61,850 nucleotides of DNA from an uncultured Fluviicola sp. (lineage in GTDB: Bacteria > Bacteroidota > Bacteroidia > Flavobacteriales_D > Crocinitomicaceae). Below are positions 37,843-46,785 of this stretch, piece by piece. Each line of letters begins with the position of its first letter. The first letter of the stretch is position 1. The notes below the pieces were generated by a model that was not told where the DNA came from, did not search any database, and saw nothing but the letters and a program-made list of their open reading frames with translations. Location: the NCBI GenBank assembly GCA_964427665.1, contig CAYRVL010000005.1, positions 17,443 through 79,292 on the forward strand, written 5' to 3'. The translations under genes were made by a program, and so were the position numbers.

Positions 37843-40800
37843 AATATTTCTGTTGATCATAGGTATCCTATTCATGACAACAAAATCGTATTCGCAATGT
37901 AATACGAACACATCGATCTGTGCATCCGGTGCAGCAGGACCATTTAATTTTGTGACACCCGGAACCGCTGTGAGTACATGTTTGGATTTCTTTGGTCCAA
38001 ATGTAGGGTATATCATTTTGCACATAACCACATCAGGACCGTTGAACATGTTGATCGATGGAAATGCTGCTTCGGGCTTCCTGGATGTAGCGGTATTTAA
38101 TATTCCTGCCGGACAAGCTCCGTGTACTGCAATTCAAAATACGGCAAATCAAATTGGTTGTAATTATGCCTCTGCCTCCAGTGGCTGTAATCAATTCGGT
38201 ACTTCTTTCCCTTGTACGAGTTCTATACCTGCTCCATTTGTTACAGCGGGACAAGATTTAATGATCGTTGTAGAGAATTGGTCAGGAACAAGTTCAAACT
38301 TTACGCTTTCTCTGAGTCCAACAGGAGCTCAATCTGGTCCACCAAACCCAGCGATCACACCGGCAGGACCCTTCTGTACAACGAGTGCGCCTGTGCAATT
38401 AATCGCTGCAGATATGGGTGGAACTTGGTCGGGTCCGGGAGTTTCAGCTACCGGTGTTTTTAATCCGGCTACAGCGGGAGTTGGGACGCATACGATCAAC
38501 TACGCGATTGGAAATGCACCATGTAATGCTGCTTCTTCTACGACTATTACGGTAAACGCTGCATCCATTTCGGTTTCAAGTCCGAATACAACGATCTGTG
38601 CAGGCTCTTCGACGACCTTAAACGCCTCAGGCGCGTCATCCTATACCTGGAGTCCGACTGCAACACTTTCGTCCTCAACCGGCTCTAGCGTGACAGCATC
38701 ACCTACCACCACTACCACGTATAGCGTTACAGGAACAACGGCTGGCTGTACGAATACCCAAAACATTACCATCAACGTCAATCCACTCCCAACTGTCAAT
38801 GCAGTTGCCAACCAAACACATTGTGCGACTGCAACAGTTCCATTGACTTCATTCAGTTCCCCTCAAGCAGGAACAACATTTACTTGGACAAACTCCAACA
38901 CATCAATTGGTTTGGGCGCAAGTGGAAGTGGCAATTTACCAACATTCACAGCAACAAATACCGGATCTACGCCGATTTCTGCTACTATAACCGTTACACC
39001 AACAAGAAATGGATGTACAGGCACCCCGATCACCTTCACGATCACGATTAATCCACGTCCTACAGTCAGCGCAGTAACGCCGATAAGCCAATGTTCAGGT
39101 GCTAGTGTTCCATCCACAGCATTCAGCAGTACCCCAACTGGTGGAACATTCACGTGGACCAATTCAAATACGGCAATTGGATTAGGAGCAAGTGGATCAG
39201 GATCATTACCAACGTTTGTTGCCACGAATAATACCGCCAATTCGATCACTTCCACCATTACCGTAACCGCAACAGTCGCTGGCTGCACAGGTCCAAGTAC
39301 TACTTTTACCATCACTGTAAGTCCGGTACCGACAATGTCCGTTCCAACCAACATCAATCAGTGTGGCGGAAACGTTTCACCCGCTGCGTTCGTAAGCAAT
39401 CCAATTGGAGCAACTTTCAATTGGACGAATACGAATCCTGCGATCGGTCTTGCGGCGAACGGAACAGGTAACATAACAACCTTTACCGGCACGAACGGTG
39501 GTTCTACACCGATTTCAGGGACGATAACCGTAACACCGTCTGTTGGGTCTTGCGTGGGAACTCCTGTTAATTTTACAATTACGATCAATCCAACTCCAGT
39601 AATTAACGCAATAAATGATATAACTGTTTGTGAGAATGAAACAGTTCCTCAAACGACTATTTCTGTGTTACCCTCAACTGCTACGGTAAGTTGGACCAAC
39701 TCTAATACTGCCATTGGTTTAGCAGCATCAGGAAATGGGAACATACCTTCCTTTACAGCCACGAACAACAATGCCGGTGGAATTTCCGGAACGATCACGA
39801 TGAATGCTACCGCAAATGGATGTAATGCCACACCGGTTACGTTCCAAATTAACGTCACAGAACTTCCAGATGTCAATGCCGTCACTGCCATTGCACAGTG
39901 CCACAACACAGCTGTTAATCCGATTGCATTTTCGAGTACATCTCCGAATACTACGTTTAGTTGGACAAATTCAAATTCCGCAATTGGTTTAGCAGGTAGT
40001 GGTACTGGGAACATCAGTGGTTTTACCGCAACGAACCCGAGTACAACTGTTACATCCGGTACGATCACTGTTACGCCAGCTTTGGGATCGTGTGTTGGTA
40101 CACCAATCACCTTTACGATCACCATCAACCCGAATCCGGTACCTAGCGCTCAAAACAATGGCCCATTATGCCCTTCTGAAACGCTCAATTTAACCGCCAA
40201 TGGTTTAGCTGGCAGTACTTTTAGTTGGACAGGTCCAAATGGTTTTACTTCTAACGTACAAAATCCAAGTATTCCTAATGTTACCGCTGCGAACTCAGGA
40301 ACTTATACCGTAACAGAGACATTGGCTGGCTGCACAGGAACAGCAAGCACAACATTAACAATGAGTCCAGGACAGACACCAACCATTACTCAAGTAGGTC
40401 CTTTCTGTGTAAACGATCTGGACATCCAACTAACAAGCAACACGTCTGGAGGAAATTGGACCGGCGCTGGTATTGTAAATCCTGCCACTGGACAGTTTTC
40501 ACCGGGAATTGCCGGAGCCGGCACGCACACCATCACGTACACGTTAAATGCACCTTGTGCAACACCGGCAACCACAACCATTGTTGTCAATCCACTACCT
40601 ACTGTAAATTTCAATGCTCCTGTCACTAGCGGTTGTGTTCCATTCACCGTGAATCTAACCGATCAAAGTTCGCCTGCGAGTAATGCTGTTTCTTGGAACT
40701 TTGGTGATGGTACGAATTCATCTCAAACGGGAACTGTATCACATACCTATAACAGTGTTGGTTGTTTTGACATAACACTTACTTCCACTTCAGCAGCCGG

Positions 40801-41380
40801 ATGCACGAATTCCTTAACGATGCCAAATTTTGTTTGCTCGAATCCTTACGCCAATGCAGCGATTTCCGTGGACGATCCGACGCATACTGTCATCGATCCA
40901 AGTTTCCAGTTCTTTAACAATTCGACAAATGCGACCAGTTACAGTTGGGACTTCGGAGATGGTACAGGCAGCAACGAAACAAATCCGAATCACAGCTATG
41001 AAGGAAACGCGGGTTCCTATACCGTGATGTTGGCTGCAAACAACCAATTTGGCTGTCCGGATACGACATACATCAATGTTGTTATTGAAGACCAATTGAT
41101 CTTTCACATTCCAAATTCATTTACCCCGGATGGTGATGAACACAACAATATGTTCGAGCCGATCTTCTATTCCGGTTTTGATCCACAAAGCTATACCTTA
41201 CTGATTTTTGACCGCTGGGGAGAGATCATCTTCGAATCTCACGACGTAACGCAAGGATGGCACGGAACGTACACGGACGGAAGTGTAAAAGAAGGCGTTT
41301 ATACGTGGACGATCCAATTCAAAGTATCTGAAAGTGATAAAAAAGCTACTTATTCAGGTCACGTTACCCTATTGAAATAA
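37829..41380 (+). CDS. Large T9SS type-B cargo (gliding-motility-associated C-terminal domain) with 5 PKD-like repeats and 2 PKD domains
   Basis: Start MRFIKIFLL; about 90-aa WTNSNTAIGL repeats; WNFGDG/WDFGDG; CTD IPNSFTPDGD..N...IFDRWG...GHVTLLK. Confidence 0.9.
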   Translation: MRFIKIFLLIIGILFMTTKSYSQCNTNTSICASGAAGPFNFVTPGTAVSTCLDFFGPNVGYIILHITTSGPLNMLIDGNAASGFLDVAVFNIPAGQAPCTAIQNTANQIGCNYASASSGCNQFGTSFPCTSSIPAPFVTAGQDLMIVVENWSGTSSNFTLSLSPTGAQSGPPNPAITPAGPFCTTSAPVQLIAADMGGTWSGPGVSATGVFNPATAGVGTHTINYAIGNAPCNAASSTTITVNAASISVSSPNTTICAGSSTTLNASGASSYTWSPTATLSSSTGSSVTASPTTTTTYSVTGTTAGCTNTQNITINVNPLPTVNAVANQTHCATATVPLTSFSSPQAGTTFTWTNSNTSIGLGASGSGNLPTFTATNTGSTPISATITVTPTRNGCTGTPITFTITINPRPTVSAVTPISQCSGASVPSTAFSSTPTGGTFTWTNSNTAIGLGASGSGSLPTFVATNNTANSITSTITVTATVAGCTGPSTTFTITVSPVPTMSVPTNINQCGGNVSPAAFVSNPIGATFNWTNTNPAIGLAANGTGNITTFTGTNGGSTPISGTITVTPSVGSCVGTPVNFTITINPTPVINAINDITVCENETVPQTTISVLPSTATVSWTNSNTAIGLAASGNGNIPSFTATNNNAGGISGTITMNATANGCNATPVTFQINVTELPDVNAVTAIAQCHNTAVNPIAFSSTSPNTTFSWTNSNSAIGLAGSGTGNISGFTATNPSTTVTSGTITVTPALGSCVGTPITFTITINPNPVPSAQNNGPLCPSETLNLTANGLAGSTFSWTGPNGFTSNVQNPSIPNVTAANSGTYTVTETLAGCTGTASTTLTMSPGQTPTITQVGPFCVNDLDIQLTSNTSGGNWTGAGIVNPATGQFSPGIAGAGTHTITYTLNAPCATPATTTIVVNPLPTVNFNAPVTSGCVPFTVNLTDQSSPASNAVSWNFGDGTNSSQTGTVSHTYNSVGCFDITLTSTSAAGCTNSLTMPNFVCSNPYANAAISVDDPTHTVIDPSFQFFNNSTNATSYSWDFGDGTGSNETNPNHSYEGNAGSYTVMLAANNQFGCPDTTYINVVIEDQLIFHIPNSFTPDGDEHNNMFEPIFYSGFDPQSYTLLIFDRWGEIIFESHDVTQGWHGTYTDGSVKEGVYTWTIQFKVSESDKKATYSGHVTLLK
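41141..41244 (+). repeat. 104-bp direct repeat, copy 1 (CTD-coding region)
   Basis: Matches 46507-46610 at 103 of 104 positions. Confidence 0.9.
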
Positions 41381-41404
41381 CGGATTTGATCATTCAGTAA
41401 TGAG

Positions 41405-41431
41405 AAAGGGAGATTTGTCTCCCTTTTTTTT
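41405..41431 (+). terminator. Rho-independent terminator after adhesin 1
   Basis: AAAGGGAGA-TTTG-TCTCCCTTT followed by a T-run. Confidence 0.85.
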
Positions 41432-41460
41432 GTTTTTTGTTGGCAACCATCATACATTTG
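41429..41460 (+). promoter_or_regulatory. Bacteroidota sigma-A promoter for cassette 2 (-33 TTTG, 20-nt spacer, -7 TACATTTG)
   Basis: TTTG at 41429-41432 and TACATTTG at 41453-41460. Confidence 0.55.
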
Positions 41461-41533
41461 TTTCGTTACGATTCTGTGAACTTTTTAAAAGTTTACACTG
41501 TTTGTGTTTAAACATTTAACGAATACTACTACG

Positions 41534-41848
41534 ATGAAAACTTTGCTACTAGCAACTACTTTCTTTGTTTCAGGTCAATTTTTATATGCCCAGGAATCCA
41601 CCAAGACACTTGAAAACGGTGTGATTGTCCATTCATCTCAAGGAATGGAAGGACCAGCAACTACGGTTCCAGCAACGACAAATCAGCAACGCAGTATTTC
41701 CGATTGGAATTTAGCGGAATGTTTGGATGCATTAGCGATCATCGATTTAAAGTGTCATCAAATTACACCAGAGGAATGCCTTGTTTACGCGCCATACATT
41801 CAAGAGATCAATCAGCGTATTCAAACATTGAACCAACAAGCGAATTGA
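41534..41848 (+). CDS. Small secreted hypothetical protein (partner 2), C-terminal Cys-containing helical hairpin
   Basis: Start MKTLLLATT, signal peptide ending A|Q; stop 2 nt before the next ATG. Confidence 0.7.
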   Translation: MKTLLLATTFFVSGQFLYAQESTKTLENGVIVHSSQGMEGPATTVPATTNQQRSISDWNLAECLDALAIIDLKCHQITPEECLVYAPYIQEINQRIQTLNQQAN

Positions 41849-41850
41849 TC

Positions 41851-44800
41851 ATGTTGAAGTACATCTTATTGTTCGTAGCATTCATTGCAATATCTGTTTA
41901 TTCGAATGCACAATTGGTTGCCAATGGTAATTCCGGACAAGCAACAACAAGCTATACGAACGGGGCGCCGAACAACCCGATTTTTATTTGGTGTGGCACA
42001 ACCCTTGGCGCTACGAATGGTTCACTGACAGCTACGCCTACAAATCTTGCCGGTGGGCCTTTTACGTTCGAATGGTTTTATCACGACCAAACGACTTCAT
42101 CCTGGGCTTCATTCAACACGACCACAGGAACGAGTTCAACGTTGAACAATTTGGCAAGTGACGGATATCGCGTTGAGATCAGAAATGCCAGTGGTGTTAC
42201 AGTTAACTGTTTTATTGCCTGGGTTTGGAACTTGAACACCGTTGTGACTGCCAATGCAACAGCGAGCGGATGTAACGCGAACCTAGCCGGAACCGTTAAC
42301 ACTAATGGTTCATTTACTTATTTTAATCCGCCACCACCAGAATCCATTATAACTAGTTCAACGAACATTACTGTTTGCTTTTCTGCAACACATACTTATG
42401 TTTCCGATTTAGCTTTTTACCTAGTTGGTCCCGCTTCTTGTGGATCTCCAACCGTTGTTCTCTCTCCTAATCCCGGAGCCATCGGCCAAGGATCTGTTTG
42501 TAATTCAGGAGATAACGTGTCGAATTTGTGTTTTTCAAGGACTTCCACGAACAATTTGAACATATGTTCTGCCGCCGTTCCTCTATCCGGGACTTATGGT
42601 ACATACGGTCCTTCAAACACTCCAATTAACTGGAATGCTTTCAACGGCTGTAATGCTGCACAAGGAGGATGGGCGGTTCAAATTTATGACTGTATTGGTG
42701 CCGATGTCGGGGCTTTAACGAACGCAACTGTAACATTCTCCAATTTGCAAAGTATTTGTGGTTCACCAACAACTATTTCCTATACTTCTGGAGCGATTAA
42801 TTCTGCTATTAATGACAACTCATGTACAGCAGCCAGTGCTTCTATTTTTCAAGTACCGGTGGCAAATAACTTAATTACTCCAATCACTTTAAATGCGACA
42901 ACAACGGTTCAATGGACTTCAAGCCCAGCTGTTTCGATTGCTGCACCGACGAATGTTAACACAACCGCGAGTGGTTTGCCAAATGGAACAACAACCTTTA
43001 CCTTGACGGCCACAACAAATTTTGGAAGTGCAAGCTGCGTGCGATCTGCCAGTTCGCCGGTTACTGTTACAGCTCCAACTGTAAATCCAATTCCCAACCA
43101 AACACATTGTCCTGGAGCCGCAGTTCCTGCAACTGGTTTCAGCAGTACACCTGCTGGAGCAACATTCACGTGGACCAATAACAACACGGCCATTGGACTT
43201 GGGGCAAGCGGTTCCGGAAGCTTACCAACTTTTACCGCAGCCAATGCCACAAGTGCTCCAATCACCAGTACGATCTCCGTAGTTCCCACATTAAGTGGTT
43301 GTGTTGGACCAGCTACGACCTTTACGATTACCGTCAATCCGAGACCTATCGTAAATGCCATTACTCCTATTTCACAATGTGGTGGAAACGTTTCTCCGGG
43401 CACATTCTCCAGTACACCAGCGGGAGCAACATTCACGTGGACAAATTCAAATACGGGTATTGGACTTGGAGCCAGCGGAACCGGAAACATTGCAACTTTC
43501 GTTGGAACCAATGGAGGTTCTACTCCGATCACAAGTACCATTTCTGTCACTCCAACATTGAATGGATGCGTAGGATCGCCCGTCAATTTCACGATCACCA
43601 TCAATCCTACTCCAATTATATCACCGGTTGCCAATGTGACTTTGTGTCATAATCAAGCGGCTACAGCAGTAACTCCAGTTGTCGTTCCGGCGAGTGCAAC
43701 AGTTTCATGGACAAACAATACCACCAGTATTGGCTTAGGAGTTTCGGGTACGGGGACAATACCAAGTTTTACAGCAAGTAATTCCACAACATCAGTAACT
43801 ACAGCAACGATCACATTGAACGCAACAGCTGCCGGTTGTAATGCGGTTCCGGTAACGTATACCATCACAGTGAACCCATTGCCAACTGTCAATGCCATCG
43901 CACCGATAAGTCAGTGTAATGGAACAACGGTACCTTCCACAGTGTTCGCTTCCACACCTTCAGGAGCAACGTTTGCATGGTCTAATTCGAACACAGCGAT
44001 CGGACTTGGTGCAAATGGCACTGGAAATCAACCGTCATTTGCGGCGACCAATACGGGTGCCACAACGATTAGTGGAAACGTTTCCATTACACCAACCCTG
44101 AATGGTTGTGTGGGTACAACCGGAAATTACACCATCAGCATTTTGCCATCACCAACGGTCATTGTACCAACGGCAGCAACATACTGTCCGAATTCACCGG
44201 TACCAACGTCGTCATTCACAACCTCTCCGGCAGGAGGAACGGTATCCTGGTCTAATTCCAATACGGCAATTGGTTTGGGTGCAACCGGAACCGGAAACAT
44301 ACCAAGTTTTACCAGTGGTGTCAATAACGGAACAACAACGATCAGTGGAACAATTACGGTTACCCCAACCGTTGCCGGATGTGTAGGAACCCCATCCTCG
44401 TTTACAATTGGCGTCTTCCCAACCCCAACGGTTGACCCGATAGCTCCTATCACCATCTGTAATAGTGCCACCGTTGCGGCAACGGCATTTACAAGTTCAC
44501 CAACGGGATCAACATTTACTTGGTCTAATTCAAACACCGCCATTGGACTTGGTGCAAATGGAACCGGAAATCAACCGAGTTTTCTGGCTACAAACAATGG
44601 TTCATCTGTTTCCAGTGGGACGATTACCGTAACACCAACTTTGAATGGTTGTATTGGAAATACCGGAACATACACGATTACCGTTAATCCTACACCACTT
44701 GCTACTGTACCAACAAACATCACCCAATGCGTGGGAACGGTGAGTCCCGCAGCATTTACTAGCACACCAAACGGAGCAACATTCGCTTGGACGAATACGA

Positions 44801-46746
44801 ATACTGCAATTGGACTTGGAGCAAGCGGTACAGGTAACATTACGACTTTCCAAGGAACTAACACCGGTTCTACGCCAATCAGTGGAACGGTTTCAGTTAC
44901 TCCAACGCTGAACTCATGTGTGGGAGCACCTGTCAATTTCACGATCACGATCAATCCTACTCCGATGATCGCTGCAGTATCCAATATCGTGGACTGCGAA
45001 AACGTAACCATTCCACAAACTGTATTCACCGTTACTCCAAATACCGCTGCGGTCAACTGGACGAATTCGAATACCGCGATCGGCTTAGCCGGAAACGGTT
45101 CGGGCAACGTTCCTTCTTTTGTCACAACCAACAACACTTTGGCTGCGATTACAGGAACAGTCACTGCCACTGCATCGGAGAATGGATGTACTTCTGCCCC
45201 GTTAACGTTTGATATCACAGTAAATCAAGTTCCTGTTGCCGATCCCATGACTGATCTAACTCAGTGCCATAATACAACGATCAATACTCCTGCGTTCTCC
45301 AGCACAACTCCGGGTGTTACTTACGCTTGGACCAATAGCAATCCAACGATCGGTTTAGGAGCATCTGGCACCGGGAATCTTCCAGCGTTCACTGCAACGA
45401 ATCCAACAACGACCGCAACTTCAGGTCTTGTAACGGTAACGCCAAGTTTGGGTAACTGTACGGGCAGTTCGATCACATTTACGATCAACGTGAATCCGGT
45501 TCCTGTTCCAGTTGCACAAAATAATGGTCCGCTTTGTCCGGGAGAAACTTTGAATTTGACAAGTACCGGACTTCCAGGTGCCACGTATAGCTGGAACGGA
45601 CCGAATCAATTTGCATCCAGCACACAAAACCCGAGTATAACAGGTATTACAAACCTGAACAGCGGAACATACACAGTTACCGTGGATGCTGCTGGTTGTA
45701 TTGGAACGACCAGTACTACACTGGTGCTCAATCCGTTGATCGCCCCTGATATAACACAAGTAGGTCCATATTGTATCACAGATATTGATGAACAACTCGT
45801 AGCATCTATTCCGGGAGGAACGTGGTCTGGGAATGGAATTGTTAATCCATCTAGTGGTCAATTCGCCCCATCAGCTGCAGGCGCAGGGACTCATGTGATC
45901 ACCTACACCGTTAATGCTCCATGCGCACTGCCTGCAACAACATCGATCGTTGTCAATCCTCTTCCAGTTGTAAACTTCTCAGCCCCAGTTCTCAGTGGAT
46001 GTGAACCATTTACAGCAACTTTGACGGATCTGACGGTACCAGCTAGCAATAACGTTTCTTGGAATTTTGGTGATGGAAATAATTCCAGCCAAACAGGATC
46101 TGTTTCTCACACCTTCAATAACGTAGGTTGTTATGACATTACGCTCACATCTACCTCACCTGTGGGCTGTGTGAACAGTCTTACCCTTTCGAATTACATT
46201 TGCGTGCACCCTTATGCAGATGCTGCGTTCAATACGGATGATGCTTCCCATACAGTAATAGATCCAAGCTTCCAATTCTTTAACAATTCATCAAACGCTA
46301 CCAGCTATTCGTGGGATTTTGGTGATGGAACAGGAAGTAACGAAGTAAATCCTGTCCACACATATCCGTCAGAACCAGGTTCGTATTCCATCATGTTGGC
46401 CGCCAACAACCAGTTCGGTTGTCCGGATACAACCTATTTGTCCGTTGTGATCGAAGACCAATTGATCTTCTATGTACCAAATGCATTTACTCCGGATGGC
46501 GATGAGCACAACAATATGTTCGAGCCGATCTTCTTTTCCGGTTTTGATCCACAAAGCTATACCTTACTGATTTTTGACCGCTGGGGAGAGATCATCTTCG
46601 AATCTCACGATGTAACGCAAGGATGGCATGGAACATATTTGGATGGAACAGTGAAAGAAGGTATTTACACCTGGACGATCCAATTCAAAGTATCATCTAG
46701 TGATAAAAAAGCGGTTTATCGAGGACATGTAACCTTACTGAAATAA
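41851..46746 (+). CDS. Large T9SS type-B cargo with proprotein-convertase-P-like head, 9 PKD-like repeats and 2 PKD domains
   Basis: Start MLKYILLF; THTYVSDLAFYLVGP...GGWAVQIYD; WTNSNTAIGL repeats; CTD VPNAFTPDGD...GHVTLLK. Confidence 0.9.
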   Translation: MLKYILLFVAFIAISVYSNAQLVANGNSGQATTSYTNGAPNNPIFIWCGTTLGATNGSLTATPTNLAGGPFTFEWFYHDQTTSSWASFNTTTGTSSTLNNLASDGYRVEIRNASGVTVNCFIAWVWNLNTVVTANATASGCNANLAGTVNTNGSFTYFNPPPPESIITSSTNITVCFSATHTYVSDLAFYLVGPASCGSPTVVLSPNPGAIGQGSVCNSGDNVSNLCFSRTSTNNLNICSAAVPLSGTYGTYGPSNTPINWNAFNGCNAAQGGWAVQIYDCIGADVGALTNATVTFSNLQSICGSPTTISYTSGAINSAINDNSCTAASASIFQVPVANNLITPITLNATTTVQWTSSPAVSIAAPTNVNTTASGLPNGTTTFTLTATTNFGSASCVRSASSPVTVTAPTVNPIPNQTHCPGAAVPATGFSSTPAGATFTWTNNNTAIGLGASGSGSLPTFTAANATSAPITSTISVVPTLSGCVGPATTFTITVNPRPIVNAITPISQCGGNVSPGTFSSTPAGATFTWTNSNTGIGLGASGTGNIATFVGTNGGSTPITSTISVTPTLNGCVGSPVNFTITINPTPIISPVANVTLCHNQAATAVTPVVVPASATVSWTNNTTSIGLGVSGTGTIPSFTASNSTTSVTTATITLNATAAGCNAVPVTYTITVNPLPTVNAIAPISQCNGTTVPSTVFASTPSGATFAWSNSNTAIGLGANGTGNQPSFAATNTGATTISGNVSITPTLNGCVGTTGNYTISILPSPTVIVPTAATYCPNSPVPTSSFTTSPAGGTVSWSNSNTAIGLGATGTGNIPSFTSGVNNGTTTISGTITVTPTVAGCVGTPSSFTIGVFPTPTVDPIAPITICNSATVAATAFTSSPTGSTFTWSNSNTAIGLGANGTGNQPSFLATNNGSSVSSGTITVTPTLNGCIGNTGTYTITVNPTPLATVPTNITQCVGTVSPAAFTSTPNGATFAWTNTNTAIGLGASGTGNITTFQGTNTGSTPISGTVSVTPTLNSCVGAPVNFTITINPTPMIAAVSNIVDCENVTIPQTVFTVTPNTAAVNWTNSNTAIGLAGNGSGNVPSFVTTNNTLAAITGTVTATASENGCTSAPLTFDITVNQVPVADPMTDLTQCHNTTINTPAFSSTTPGVTYAWTNSNPTIGLGASGTGNLPAFTATNPTTTATSGLVTVTPSLGNCTGSSITFTINVNPVPVPVAQNNGPLCPGETLNLTSTGLPGATYSWNGPNQFASSTQNPSITGITNLNSGTYTVTVDAAGCIGTTSTTLVLNPLIAPDITQVGPYCITDIDEQLVASIPGGTWSGNGIVNPSSGQFAPSAAGAGTHVITYTVNAPCALPATTSIVVNPLPVVNFSAPVLSGCEPFTATLTDLTVPASNNVSWNFGDGNNSSQTGSVSHTFNNVGCYDITLTSTSPVGCVNSLTLSNYICVHPYADAAFNTDDASHTVIDPSFQFFNNSSNATSYSWDFGDGTGSNEVNPVHTYPSEPGSYSIMLAANNQFGCPDTTYLSVVIEDQLIFYVPNAFTPDGDEHNNMFEPIFFSGFDPQSYTLLIFDRWGEIIFESHDVTQGWHGTYLDGTVKEGIYTWTIQFKVSSSDKKAVYRGHVTLLK
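46507..46610 (+). repeat. 104-bp direct repeat, copy 2 (CTD-coding region)
   Basis: Matches 41141-41244 at 103 of 104 positions. Confidence 0.9.
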
Positions 46747-46750
46747 ATCT

Positions 46751-46780
46751 AAAACGGCTGCCTTTTCGGGCAGCCGTTTA
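46751..46780. terminator. Bidirectional terminator
   Basis: AAACGGCTGCC-loop-GGCAGCCGTTT between convergent genes. Confidence 0.85.
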
Positions 46781-46785
46781 CGTTT

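Noticed and set aside
41704-41850. Upstream extension of adhesin 2 in the ORF track (similar extensions for cmk, lpdA, DUF2130, M61)
   Set aside because: Signal peptides or family N-termini begin at downstream ATGs, and the extensions overlap neighbouring genes, promoters or terminators
38780-45500. Possible CRISPR-like or DNA-level tandem repeat array
   Set aside because: Units are about 270-bp protein-domain repeats diverged at synonymous sites, with no repeat-spacer structure or cas genes
38863-45861. Long antisense ORFs rich in V/P/A/G over the two adhesin genes
   Set aside because: Shadow frames of Thr/Asn/Ser-rich repeats, with no independent motifs
41141-46610. Diversity-generating retroelement TR/VR pair
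   Set aside because: Only one mismatch, both copies encode conserved secretion signals, and no reverse transcriptase is in the window
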